DNA of 64,000 nt, taken from positions 1 to 64,000 of the forward strand of contig JASFYR010000013.1 of the NCBI GenBank assembly GCA_045047115.1, read 5' to 3'. The first letter of the stretch is position 1. Each line of letters opens with the position of its first letter. The notes under the pieces are model-generated. The model did not search any database, had not been told where the DNA came from, and saw nothing but the letters and a program-made list of their open reading frames with translations. A program made the translations under genes and the position numbers. The stretch comes from Sulfurospirillum sp. (GTDB taxonomy: Bacteria > Campylobacterota > Campylobacteria > Campylobacterales > Sulfurospirillaceae). Below, one piece after another: positions 17,849 through 27,596 of the stretch.

Positions 17849-18756
17849 GGTTTTGCTAATTTTCCACTCAACGAAAGTAAAAAAGCTACTATTTTATCGA
17901 TATCACTCTTTTTGGCTTCTCTTCCTAGTTGATTTTCCAACATAAACTTTACTACATCGTTAAGTGTTTTGTATCTGCCGTCATGAAGATATGGTGAGGT
18001 TAGTGCTATATTTCTTAGTGTCGGTACTTTAAAAAAGTATTTGTCCAGTCTGTTTTTTGTTACTTCATATCTTCCCAAGCTTTTACTCTTGGCTTCTTTA
18101 AAAACTCCAAATTTTGCATAGAGATTGCCTCCTATGTTGATACCATTGTGACAAGAGATGCAACCTTTTGTCTTGAAAAGCTCATACCCCTCTTTTTGTA
18201 TGGGCAAAAGAGCATTTTTATCTCCTCTTAGGTATTTATCAAAAGGTGCATCAGGTGTTATGAGAGTCTTTTCGTACTCCGCTATGGCATCAATTATATT
18301 TTCCTTTGTGATTCCATTTTTATAGACACTGTCAAACTCTTTTTTATATGAACTTTTTTTAAGCACTTTTATAAGATTTGGGAAATTATTTCCCATTTCT
18401 ACCGGATTTTCTATAGGACCTACAGCTTGTTCTTTTAAATTTTTTGCTCTGCCATTCCAGAATTGAACAAAATTGTATCTGGCATTCAAAACTGTAGTAG
18501 AGTTGATATTACCAAGTTGCCCGTTTATGCCTATTGAAAATCTTATATTGTCATCACCACCATCTTCAAGAATATGGCAATTGACACAAGATACAGTTCC
18601 ATCTTTAGACAAGATAGGATCAAAGAAGAGTTTATGTCCCAAAGCAACTTTTTGAGGATTAACATCACCGATTTTTAAGGGAATTGGGTCGATATCATTT
18701 GCAAATAAAAGGAGCGAAAGAGTAGAAATGATAAAAAAGATTCTTCTGTTTAACAT
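17845..18756 (-). CDS. Di-haem cytochrome c peroxidase (bCCP/MauG superfamily)-like protein
   Basis: Signal peptide; CVNCH and CISCH; QFWNGRA, EQ..GP..NPVEM, FKVPTLRNI..T.PY.HDG; ATGA overlap with the next gene. Confidence 0.92.
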   Translation of the reverse strand: MLNRRIFFIISTLSLLLFANDIDPIPLKIGDVNPQKVALGHKLFFDPILSKDGTVSCVNCHILEDGGDDNIRFSIGINGQLGNINSTTVLNARYNFVQFWNGRAKNLKEQAVGPIENPVEMGNNFPNLIKVLKKSSYKKEFDSVYKNGITKENIIDAIAEYEKTLITPDAPFDKYLRGDKNALLPIQKEGYELFKTKGCISCHNGINIGGNLYAKFGVFKEAKSKSLGRYEVTKNRLDKYFFKVPTLRNIALTSPYLHDGRYKTLNDVVKFMLENQLGREAKKSDIDKIVAFLLSLSGKLAKP

Positions 18757-18776
18757 GCTACCGCAATCCCCTCTTT

Positions 18777-18822
18777 ATACCAAATTAGACAACAAGTAGT
18801 CACTTACTGTCTAATTTGGTAT
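18777..18822. promoter_or_regulatory. Perfect 15-bp inverted repeat upstream of ccp-like gene
   Basis: ATACCAAATTAGACA / TGTCTAATTTGGTAT with inner AAGT/ACTT. Confidence 0.55.
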
Positions 18823-18926
18823 TATATTGCAAAATTATAACATAAATAAGCCATAGGAGACAATTCTTTTTTTAAAAATTAATTTTTATGCTACAATTAG
18901 GATATCGTTTAATTCCGGACTATAAT

Positions 18927-19733
18927 TTGAAAATATCGGCAATCATACCCACTTTTAACAGAGCAGATTTTTTACCATTTGCTATCAATTCTATAAAAAA
19001 CCAAAGCTACAGTGTAGATGAAATTTTGATAATAGATGATGGCTCAACCGACAACACGCAAGAAGTTTTAAAAAATTTTGACAACATAAGAGTGATAAAG
19101 ACAAAAAAATTTGGTGTATCACATGCAAGAAATATAGGAATAAAAAAGGCAAAAAACAGATGGGTTGCTTTTTTAGACAGTGATGATATCTGGATGGAAG
19201 ACAAAATAAAAAAACAAGTTGAATTACACAAAAAGTCTATCGATATCTACTTTTCTCACACAGGCGAAAGATGGGTAAGAGACGGGGGAAAAGTAAGATA
19301 CCCAAAATCTCTCAAAAAACCACAGGGAGAGTGTTTTTTGGAAAATATCTCTACATGTAAGATTGCGACTAGTTCTGTTTTGATGCATATCAGCGTATTT
19401 GAGGAGATTGGATATTTTGATGAAAAACTAAAAGTTTGTGAAGATTATGATCTGTGGCTAAGAGTAACAAAAAAGTATAAAATCGGATTCATAGATGAAG
19501 AGCTGATAGTAAAAAATGCAGGTCACGAACAGTTGTCATCACACATATTTGCCATTGACAGATACCACATCTATTCACTTAAAAAGTTTTTAGATTCAAA
19601 ATTCAAAGATGAGGTAAAACAAGAGATCATCAAAAAGTGCAAAATCCTGATAAAAGGCGCCAAAAAGCACCAAAATCAAGATATAATTGACAGATATTCG
19701 AAAATACTAAACCAAACAACTCAACAATTATGA
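18927..19733 (+). CDS. Glycosyltransferase family 2
   Basis: SAIIPTFNR, DDGSTD, ARNIG, FLDSDD and EDYDLW motifs. TTG 18927 preferred because ATG 18888 overlaps a TGnTACAAT -10 box. Confidence 0.88.
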   Translation: MKISAIIPTFNRADFLPFAINSIKNQSYSVDEILIIDDGSTDNTQEVLKNFDNIRVIKTKKFGVSHARNIGIKKAKNRWVAFLDSDDIWMEDKIKKQVELHKKSIDIYFSHTGERWVRDGGKVRYPKSLKKPQGECFLENISTCKIATSSVLMHISVFEEIGYFDEKLKVCEDYDLWLRVTKKYKIGFIDEELIVKNAGHEQLSSHIFAIDRYHIYSLKKFLDSKFKDEVKQEIIKKCKILIKGAKKHQNQDIIDRYSKILNQTTQQL

Positions 19734-19820
19734 ATTCAGGGATATTATACGAACATACCTAACTATAAGAACTAAAAAAGATACTAAGATTTCATAAAGC
19801 TCTAAATATAAGTATTCAAG

Positions 19821-19905
19821 TGGTGCGACCAGCGAGATTTGAACTCGCACACCTTGCGGCACTACCCCCTCAAGATAGCGTGTCTACCAATTCCACCATG
19901 GTCGC
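19821..19905 (-). tRNA. tRNA-Leu(GAG)
   Basis: GCGACCATGGTGGAATTGGTAGACAC...CTATC-TT GAG GG-GGTAG...variable arm...GTTCAAATC...GGTCGCACCA; 85 nt with encoded CCA. Confidence 0.97.
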
Positions 19906-19918
19906 GTATGTTGTGTAG

Positions 19919-19944
19919 TGTAGAGAAGCATATACCTCTCTACA
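19919..19944. other. Hairpin between atpE and tRNA-Leu
   Basis: TGTAGAGA / TCTCTACA; no U-tract on the minus strand, so possibly a processing or stability stem. Confidence 0.4.
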
Positions 19945-19952
19945 TGTAACTT

Positions 19953-20258
19953 TTATCCCAAGAAAGGGTTTGCATATAGCGCAATCAATGCGATAACAAG
20001 TGCATATATAACCTGTGCTTCGATCATCGCTAGTGCGATAAACATTGTAGTCATCAGTTTTCCACCAAGACCCGGGTTTCTTGCAGTTCCTGCTATCGTA
20101 GCAGCTGCAGTATGCCCCATACCGATAGCTCCACCAAGAGCAGCAAGTCCAAGACCCAGACCAGCGGCAACAACAGAGTATGCCTCAATCATGCTCTTAC
20201 CATCTCCAGCAAATGCAAATCCTGCAAACGCTACCAATAAAAATACAATCTTTTTCAT
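19953..20258 (-). CDS. atpE: F0F1 ATP synthase subunit c
   Basis: GxGxGxG-type helix, ARNP loop, conserved Glu in MIEAQVIY. Confidence 0.97.
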   Translation of the reverse strand: MKKIVFLLVAFAGFAFAGDGKSMIEAYSVVAAGLGLGLAALGGAIGMGHTAAATIAGTARNPGLGGKLMTTMFIALAMIEAQVIYALVIALIALYANPFLG

Positions 20259-20393
20259 CCATTTTCTCCTTGTTAAAGATATAAAATCTTTAATCTAAAA
20301 TTTTACAAAGTCTGTTCGGCTTGCGTATCCCTACTTATCACTTTGTATCGGCGGTATTTTAACCAAACAATCGTTAAAATATGATTAACTGAC

Positions 20394-22634
20394 CTACTTA
20401 ACTAATCCCAACTCTATTTTATTTCCATTTTGCTTAAGTATTTTAACTTTAACTTTCTGGTCAATCTCCAGATAGTCACTTACCTTTTCAACTCTATGAT
20501 CTGCTATCTTTGATACATGCAATAAACCATCTATGTCACCTGGTAGCTCTACAAATGCACCAAAATCAACAATTCTTCTAACAACTCCGTCAACTACTTC
20601 ATCTTGAACAAATTGCGGAACAGGTTTTCTTTCATGGTGTCCTCCGCCTCTTCTATTATCTCTTCCACTTCTATTGTCTCTGCCACGACTTGGTTTACTC
20701 GCTATTTCAACTATATGATTTTTTGCTGCTTCTACTTTTTCTTTATTGTCACCTGCAATTTTCACTTCGCCCTTATCTCTATCAAGGTCAATAGAGACTT
20801 CAAATTTTTCAATTATCTCTCTTATGGTTTTTCCAGCCTGACCGATGATATCGACTATTTTAGATGGATCTATGCTGAAAAGTTCAAGTTTTGGAAGAAT
20901 TTTATTGTTTATATGTATCTCACTAGCCGCTTTTTCCATAATGCCGAGTATATGATTTCTTCCATCTTTTGCTTGATATAATGCCTCTTTAAGCGTATCT
21001 CTTGAGATGCCTCCTAATTTTATATCCATTTGAAGTGCGGTTATACCATCTTTTGTTCCTGCAACTTTAAAATCCATATCACCGTCGTGATCTTCTAATC
21101 CCATAATATCAGTTAAAATCGCATGCTCATCACCTTCAAAAACGACTCCCATTGCGATTCCGGCAACAAGCTTTTTAACTTCAACTCCAGCGGCTTTTAG
21201 CGCAAGAGAGCCACCACAAATTGTTGCTTGTGAAGATGAACCATTTGATTCTAATATCTCAGAAACAAGTCTTATCGTTTGAAGTCTGTCTATATCAAGA
21301 GTTGGCTCTAATGCCCTTCTAGCAAGATTTCCGTGACCTAATTCTCTTCTGCCCGGTGCTTTTATAAAACCCGCCTCTCCAACTGAAAATCCCGGAAAAT
21401 TATAATTGACCATAAAATTCTCTGTCAAATTACCTTTTGTTGTAATTCTTTCATACATCTGACCATCTTTATCACCACCTAGTGTGACAGTCACCAAAGC
21501 TTGAGTCTGTCCTCTTGTGAACAAGCAAGAACCATGTGTTCTTGGAAGCAAATTTGTCTCTATAGAGATAGGTCTGACTTCTGTAAGTGTTCTTCCGTCT
21601 GCTCTTACTCCGTCTTCTACAATCATTTTTCTTACTATGGTTCTTTTATAGTCATTAATCACATTCTTAACAACATCTTCATCCCACTCTTCCTCTTTCG
21701 CAATATCATCATTTAAAACTCTTTTGACTATATCGTTTAGTTCGCTTGCTCTCTCACTTTTTGCCATTTGGTTGATTGCATATTTTACATCATCTTTATA
21801 AAATTCATCTATATATGTTGCAATTCCCTTATCTAATAAATCTTCTTTGTACTCTAAATTTGCATCTTCTTTTTTGATTGGCGCAAACATCTCCTCATAA
21901 ACAGTTGCTGCTTTTGTTATGGCGCTTTGGGCTTTATCTATGGCTTCTAGTATCTCATCTTCGTTAAACTCATTTATACTTTGGGTGGGAATTAGATTTT
22001 CACCCATGGTAGGATCAATCATAGGATCAATAGAGATAGATGGGATTACTTCTGTTTGCATTGTAGAGATAGATCTCATCTCTATCATAAGCAACTCCTC
22101 TTTTGTGCCGGCAACATACAGATCTAAACTTGATTTTTCTAAATCGGAATTTGATGGATTTACTACTAGTTCTCCTTCAATTTTTCCTATTCTAACACCA
22201 CTTACAGATTTGTTTACAGGAATATCTGAGATAAACAGAGCTGCACTTGCAGCATTTAAAGCCGCTACTTGCAAATCCACCTCAGGATCACAGCTAAGCA
22301 CAAAAACCGTTAACTGTGTCGGATAAGCATATCCATCAGGAAAGAGTGGCCTAAGACTTCTGTCTATCACCCTTGAAGTCAGCGTTTCAAAATCACTAGG
22401 CTTTGTCTCTCTTTTTATAAAACCCCCGGGAAACTTTCCGGAAGCATAAGTTTTCTCAATATATTGTACAGTCAAAGGTACAAAATTTCCATCCACCTGA
22501 TTATCATCTCTGGCAACTGTCGCTAAAATAACCGTATCTTTTATCTTCAACATTACCGCACCGGCTGCTTGTCTTGCAACTTTGCCTATATCATATATCT
22601 CTACTTGATTGTTCACTTCAACACTATATTCCAT
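20394..22634 (-). CDS. pnp: Polyribonucleotide nucleotidyltransferase (PNPase)
   Basis: RQAAGAV, FTRGQTQ, RRELGHG, ESNGSSS and GDMDFK motifs; KH and S1 domains. Start lies in a GTG-ATG-ATG cluster at 22640-22634. Confidence 0.97.
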   Translation of the reverse strand: MEYSVEVNNQVEIYDIGKVARQAAGAVMLKIKDTVILATVARDDNQVDGNFVPLTVQYIEKTYASGKFPGGFIKRETKPSDFETLTSRVIDRSLRPLFPDGYAYPTQLTVFVLSCDPEVDLQVAALNAASAALFISDIPVNKSVSGVRIGKIEGELVVNPSNSDLEKSSLDLYVAGTKEELLMIEMRSISTMQTEVIPSISIDPMIDPTMGENLIPTQSINEFNEDEILEAIDKAQSAITKAATVYEEMFAPIKKEDANLEYKEDLLDKGIATYIDEFYKDDVKYAINQMAKSERASELNDIVKRVLNDDIAKEEEWDEDVVKNVINDYKRTIVRKMIVEDGVRADGRTLTEVRPISIETNLLPRTHGSCLFTRGQTQALVTVTLGGDKDGQMYERITTKGNLTENFMVNYNFPGFSVGEAGFIKAPGRRELGHGNLARRALEPTLDIDRLQTIRLVSEILESNGSSSQATICGGSLALKAAGVEVKKLVAGIAMGVVFEGDEHAILTDIMGLEDHDGDMDFKVAGTKDGITALQMDIKLGGISRDTLKEALYQAKDGRNHILGIMEKAASEIHINNKILPKLELFSIDPSKIVDIIGQAGKTIREIIEKFEVSIDLDRDKGEVKIAGDNKEKVEAAKNHIVEIASKPSRGRDNRSGRDNRRGGGHHERKPVPQFVQDEVVDGVVRRIVDFGAFVELPGDIDGLLHVSKIADHRVEKVSDYLEIDQKVKVKILKQNGNKIELGLVK

Positions 22635-23337
22635 CATCACTCCTATTTTTCACAAAAGGTAAATACCCTTTAGCATTATTTAAAATTTCTATTATATCAT
22701 CTTGTGATACTTTTTGCATCTTTTTATAATAAAAATCAACATTTACATAATTTTCTATTCTTTTAACACAAAATATCTCATCTGTAACTAATTCCAACGA
22801 CTCGTAAACATCTTGAGCCATTACAGGTGTAGCATACATCACTGATTTTACTTCTGTTTTTATTGCACTTTTTACACAAGAAATTACATTAAAACCTGTC
22901 TCACACCCAAAATCCACAAACAGAACATTTCTGTCTTTTAGTGAATCAATCAACTCTCCTTTTCTAAACTTATAAATTCTAGGTATAATTTTCTCTTCGT
23001 ACAGTCTTCTTGCCTGCCCATACACATAATCCAAATTTATCTCAAACGAGTTCAATAATGCTTCATCTATAACTATCTCTTCAATCTCACTTACAATTGC
23101 TATCTCACATTTATCATTGTTTGGCGCCATTATGGGCTCATTAAAAAGAATATCGAAATCCAAATTCAGTTTCAAAGAAATCATATTTGCTAAAAGAACA
23201 GCTCTTTCATTTGTAGCCACAATCAGCCAATCGTCATTTTGCATTCTTAGTTGTGGCAATGTGTCCAAAAGTTGGCTACTTACATCTACACTGTCTTGAA
23301 AATATGAGCTAAAATCTAAATCTTGAGACATAATCAT
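22624..23337 (-). CDS. Degenerate phosphoribosyltransferase-fold protein
   Basis: [16 protein letters not shown] resembles the PRPP loop (hhVDDG.ATG) with one Asp lost. Start uncertain (23337/23331). Confidence 0.7.
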   Translation of the reverse strand: MIMSQDLDFSSYFQDSVDVSSQLLDTLPQLRMQNDDWLIVATNERAVLLANMISLKLNLDFDILFNEPIMAPNNDKCEIAIVSEIEEIVIDEALLNSFEINLDYVYGQARRLYEEKIIPRIYKFRKGELIDSLKDRNVLFVDFGCETGFNVISCVKSAIKTEVKSVMYATPVMAQDVYESLELVTDEIFCVKRIENYVNVDFYYKKMQKVSQDDIIEILNNAKGYLPFVKNRSDDGI

Positions 23338-23584
23338 CCTGTGGAAACTGTTTGTAAATCTCCTCTTTTGTAAAAGAAAATTTAAAATTATCCATATAAT
23401 TTTTTAAAAGCCTGTAGGCATCGTTTATTTTTGCCATTTTTTCACTATCTCCCCCTAAATCAGGATGATAGGTGCTTGCTAAAATCTTATATCTTTGCTT
23501 TAACTCTTTAATGCTTATCAAAACAGGTAACTCCAAGGTATCCAATGCATCGTTTATAAGAGCAAGACTATCTTTTTTCATCAT
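23309..23584 (-). CDS. Small J-domain (DnaJ-like) protein
   Basis: ELKQRYKILASTYHPDLGG...INDAY with an intact HPD motif. Confidence 0.88.
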   Translation of the reverse strand: MMKKDSLALINDALDTLELPVLISIKELKQRYKILASTYHPDLGGDSEKMAKINDAYRLLKNYMDNFKFSFTKEEIYKQFPQDDYVSRFRF

Positions 23585-25647
23585 AATCCACCATTACTCT
23601 GCGTCTTTTTCGCAAATGTATAGTCTATACTTCCTAACGGATAGAGATTAAACATGATATAGACACCTTTTTTATTTATGGAATTATTAGTCGAACTAGT
23701 CAACTGAGGAGTGGTATTTTCACTATACACTATAGAGTAATCCCAGCATTTTTTCTTCTTTTTAAAACCTATCTTCCAAGATTTAAAGAAACTGTTTTTT
23801 ATATCATAATCAAGAGAAACAAATATATTATAATTTCTATAATACTGTGTACTGACAGATAGTGTTACAAAGTTTGCATCAATTGTTGGTACATTTTCAT
23901 ATGTATGGGTAATGCTGGCATCAAATAGATCATTTTTATAATTAAAACTGTTTTGTATCTTTGAAAAATGAGAGAATTCAAATGAATAGAAAAGTGTATT
24001 TGAAAAATTTATCTTATCACTGAAGTAAATCTTTATATTGTTTTCCAAATCACCATATTTATATCTGTAATTACTAAAATAATACTGCTGTTTCAGAGTG
24101 TTACTAAGTTTTTTATCGCCTTGCGAGTTATAAAAATATTGGGCTAAATCAAGTCTTAAACTCTTCTCTTCTGTGTTAACAGGAACAAAATCTGCAAAAT
24201 AACCAGTCCTGGTCTCTTTGCTTGGCACTATATAATCAAGATTTAGGTAGATTGTATGAAAAAAATTATCATAAGCTTTTGAAAGCTCAGAATAGAACGA
24301 AAATTTATGATAATTTCTATAATACTGACCATAATTAATAGATGTAGCATCATTTGAATAGTTAACATAGGTCATATATATATTTTCAGAAATAGAAAAG
24401 TGCAGATAATCGTCTAAAAGTGAAAAATAGTATGTAAGAGGAGCATTTAGCTCATATTGAGTTGCATTTAAACCTGTTTTTCTATCATAGTTTTTTGATT
24501 TTAAATCTACTGAATAGAGCAGATTGTCAATGAATAAAGGATTTGAAAATCTATGATATTGTAATGTCGGCAACTCTTGCAAAGTATCACTGTTTGAGAC
24601 CTTTGCCGTATCGATATAGTACTTTGCATATATGCCATAATAGTCTTTATCTTTTTGAAAATAGTAATTAAGTGTAGAGGTTACAAGTTTATTATATACT
24701 TGAGCATTATTTTCTTTAGTATTCAAATAATCAATATCATTTAAATATATAAGGTTCACATAGAGTCCGTCTTTATAATTTTTATCAAATATTTTACTAA
24801 AAAGCTGACTTCTGTCATAATTGAGTTCAAAACCATAGTGACTGCCGTTGATTAGATTATTTTGGGTTTTATAGCTACTGTATTCACTAAAAACTCCTGT
24901 CTGAATATTTAATTTTGAGTATGGTGAATCCACATATCGCAATGTTGTGTTAATACCAACGCCTCTATTTGTTCTGATTTGCGGATCAAACTCCAAATCA
25001 AAATCAACGCTGGGAGCAAAATAAATAGGTTGCATATAGTATAAACCCTCTGTGCTTCCAAACCCAAAGTTTGGTCTTAAAAATCCAGATCTTCTTGTTT
25101 TATCAGTTGAAAAAGAGAAGTAAGGAAGATAGAGTATCGGAATATCTCCGGCATAAAAAAGAGCATTGTAGATACTCAAAAAGTGCTCTTTTTTATCTAA
25201 TTTACCAGAACTAAAATTTATCTTCCAATCCGGATCTTGAACATTACAACTTGAAACTATAGATTTTTTGGTCAAATAGTACTTGGGGTTTAATTTTGCA
25301 CTTTGGCAGCTAATCCATAAATTTGTGGTGTCTTCAAAAAAGAAAAGTGGAGTAAAGGAGCCGATATCACTGTTTAAATTTAGAGATACTCTGCCACTTT
25401 TTGAAGAGTATTCCACCCCTTCTAAAACCGTAATATCTCCAAAAAGATTTAACTCTCCACTCTTTTGGTTATAGTCTGCCTTATCTGCAGTTATTAGATA
25501 TTTTTGTGAGTATAGAACCACATCACCCTTGGCATGTATAATATCTCCTGTTTTGCTTACTTTTTTTGCCAATACCTCAACATTTTGAGTCTGAGAAAAG
25601 CAAGAAACCAAAAAAATTATGAGAAAAATAAAAACTCTAATATACAT
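23581..25647 (-). CDS. lptD: LPS-assembly protein LptD
   Basis: Signal peptide, OstA-like N-terminus, PILYLPYF..TDKTRRSGFL, C-terminal KKCW; purD-RDD-lptD-pnp order. Confidence 0.9.
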   Translation of the reverse strand: MYIRVFIFLIIFLVSCFSQTQNVEVLAKKVSKTGDIIHAKGDVVLYSQKYLITADKADYNQKSGELNLFGDITVLEGVEYSSKSGRVSLNLNSDIGSFTPLFFFEDTTNLWISCQSAKLNPKYYLTKKSIVSSCNVQDPDWKINFSSGKLDKKEHFLSIYNALFYAGDIPILYLPYFSFSTDKTRRSGFLRPNFGFGSTEGLYYMQPIYFAPSVDFDLEFDPQIRTNRGVGINTTLRYVDSPYSKLNIQTGVFSEYSSYKTQNNLINGSHYGFELNYDRSQLFSKIFDKNYKDGLYVNLIYLNDIDYLNTKENNAQVYNKLVTSTLNYYFQKDKDYYGIYAKYYIDTAKVSNSDTLQELPTLQYHRFSNPLFIDNLLYSVDLKSKNYDRKTGLNATQYELNAPLTYYFSLLDDYLHFSISENIYMTYVNYSNDATSINYGQYYRNYHKFSFYSELSKAYDNFFHTIYLNLDYIVPSKETRTGYFADFVPVNTEEKSLRLDLAQYFYNSQGDKKLSNTLKQQYYFSNYRYKYGDLENNIKIYFSDKINFSNTLFYSFEFSHFSKIQNSFNYKNDLFDASITHTYENVPTIDANFVTLSVSTQYYRNYNIFVSLDYDIKNSFFKSWKIGFKKKKKCWDYSIVYSENTTPQLTSSTNNSINKKGVYIMFNLYPLGSIDYTFAKKTQSNGGL

Positions 25648-26092
25648 TCACAACCAATGTTTTTGCAACCTTGTCATGCCAAGTCTCTCTTTTGGGATTT
25701 GTCAGTGCCCATAAAAAACCTATATAGAAAAAAGTTTCGCTTATTATCCTCACTATCGCACGATTAAGCGCATATATCATAGCCGGATTTTCCAAATCCA
25801 TAGTAGAAACAACGCGTATCTTCGTCAACATCTTTCCGGGTGTTGCCCCATAATACCAAACAAAAAAAGTTTGATAGATAATTTTCAATAAAATCACATA
25901 TGAAAAGAGTGAATTCAAAAGATTTAGAGTCTGCTCATATGAAGCATCTTGAGGAATTTTTCCAAAAAAGATAATCATAAATAAAACTGAAATCAAAACC
26001 TCATCTATGGCATATGCCCATGCTCTTCGTTTTATGGTTGCAAGAGTAATATCTTCTCTCTCAAACCTTTCAATTATCTGTTTATCTGTCAT
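25637..26092 (-). CDS. RDD family protein
   Basis: RR..A.AID, GATPGKM..KIRVV and ETWHDKVAKT motifs. Confidence 0.92.
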   Translation of the reverse strand: MTDKQIIERFEREDITLATIKRRAWAYAIDEVLISVLFMIIFFGKIPQDASYEQTLNLLNSLFSYVILLKIIYQTFFVWYYGATPGKMLTKIRVVSTMDLENPAMIYALNRAIVRIISETFFYIGFLWALTNPKRETWHDKVAKTLVVNVY

Positions 26093-27356
26093 TTTTCAGT
26101 GCCTGATATGCAATGTCATGTCTAAACTGTTTTCCTGCAAAATGAACCTGTCCGCACAACATGTATGCCCTCTCCCCTGCCTCTTTTATACTATCACCCA
26201 AACCAACACAAAGAAGAACTCTACCTCCGCTTGCATAAAGTTTTCCATCTTCTTGTATAACTCCGGCATAAGATATGTGGGTGTTTTCCAGCTCTACATG
26301 TATAGATTTATCTATTATTATCTCTGATGGAGTTGAATTTCCATAGGGATAATTTTGGCTTGCCACAACTACTGCCACTGCAAACTTATCGTAAAACTCT
26401 AAATTTAAACTTTTCAAATCTCCACTGGCGGCTTTATAAAAAAGTTGACTTGCGGGTGTCTTTAAAAGTGGCATCAAAACTTCACATTCAGGATCACCAA
26501 ATCTTACATTATACTCAAGCACTACAGGCTCTGCATCTATAACCATCAGTCCTATAAACAAAACACCTTCAAAGGGAGCCCCCTCTTTCTTCATACCTAA
26601 AAGCGTAGGCTCAACAACTCTTTTTTCTATCTTTTTATATAACTCGTCATCTATCAAAGGGGTTGGTGCATAAGCACCCATACCACCCGTATTTGGTCCT
26701 TTGTCACCATCTTTTAGTCTCTTATGATCTTGAGCAGCCGGTAGTATTTTATAGTTTTCTCCATCACAAATTGCGAAAACAGAGAGTTCATATCCATCTA
26801 AAAATTCTTCTACAACGATTGAGCGTCCCGCATCTCCAAAACTCTCCCCACTAAGCATCTCCTTAGCGGCTTTTTTTGCCTCATCCTTGTCTGGTGCGAT
26901 TATCACACCTTTTCCGCCACACAAGCCATCTGCTTTGATTACTACAGGTACTTTTAGCGTATCAATAAATTCGTGGGCTTTTTCAAGATTGTCAGTCTCT
27001 ATATATGAGGCTGTAGGAATATTGTATTTTTTTAGAAAATTTTTCATATATATTTTCGAGCCCTCTAGTCTCGAAGCCTCTTTGGAGGAGCCAAAAATCA
27101 GAAGTCCTCTTTTTTTAAAAACATCTACAATACCATCCACAAGCGGAGCTTCCGGACCCACAATAGTCAAATCTATATTTTTTTTCAGGGCAAAATCAGC
27201 CAATTTATCAAAATCTGTTATATTTATGTTCTTTGCAAACTTATCGGTTGCACCATTTCCCGGAGCCATATAGATATTTTGCACATCTTTGTCTCTATTT
27301 AACGCAAGAGCTATAGAGTACTCCCTGCCACCACCACCAATTATCAAAATATCCAT
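26082..27356 (-). CDS. purD: Phosphoribosylamine-glycine ligase
   Basis: GGGGRE, VGPEAPL, KADGL..GKG, QDHKR, GPNTGGMG and RFGDPE motifs. Confidence 0.98.
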   Translation of the reverse strand: MDILIIGGGGREYSIALALNRDKDVQNIYMAPGNGATDKFAKNINITDFDKLADFALKKNIDLTIVGPEAPLVDGIVDVFKKRGLLIFGSSKEASRLEGSKIYMKNFLKKYNIPTASYIETDNLEKAHEFIDTLKVPVVIKADGLCGGKGVIIAPDKDEAKKAAKEMLSGESFGDAGRSIVVEEFLDGYELSVFAICDGENYKILPAAQDHKRLKDGDKGPNTGGMGAYAPTPLIDDELYKKIEKRVVEPTLLGMKKEGAPFEGVLFIGLMVIDAEPVVLEYNVRFGDPECEVLMPLLKTPASQLFYKAASGDLKSLNLEFYDKFAVAVVVASQNYPYGNSTPSEIIIDKSIHVELENTHISYAGVIQEDGKLYASGGRVLLCVGLGDSIKEAGERAYMLCGQVHFAGKQFRHDIAYQALKNDR

Positions 27357-27369
27357 TGAGAATTCTCCT

Positions 27370-27405
27370 AAAAAAATAGCAGCACATGTAAAACATGTAC
27401 TGCTA
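27370..27405 (-). terminator. Rho-independent terminator of 6S RNA
   Basis: TAGCAGTACATG-TTTTA-CATGTGCTGCTA followed by T7 on the minus strand. Confidence 0.75.
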
Positions 27406-27596
27406 ACCCAAGTGGGCGTTCGTTTATTCTTTGGCCCTAATTAAGCCAACGATGCGCAGGACTAACTTTGCCTTTAGGCTGCGGATTCTAATCTCGCTAG
27501 AGACTCAAGCAAAAACACAGACACACCGGCAAAATACCCGTTCCGCAAATAACAATATGTTGGACCCTCATAAAACGCTGTCGCTTCACTCAGATA
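27406..27596 (-). ncRNA. ssrS: 6S RNA
   Basis: About 190-nt GC-richer region whose ends pair (ATCTGAGTG..CGTTT / AAACG..CACTTGGGT); TATAAT at 27604-27609; terminator downstream; upstream of purD as in Campylobacter/Helicobacter. Confidence 0.85.

Noticed and set aside
15350..19905. Genomic island integrated at tRNA-Leu
   Set aside because: No integrase and no duplicated tRNA 3' end were found in the window.
20304..20347. c-di-GMP-I riboswitch in the atpE leader
   Set aside because: Only GGGATACGCAAGCC resembles the consensus; the two-hairpin architecture is missing.
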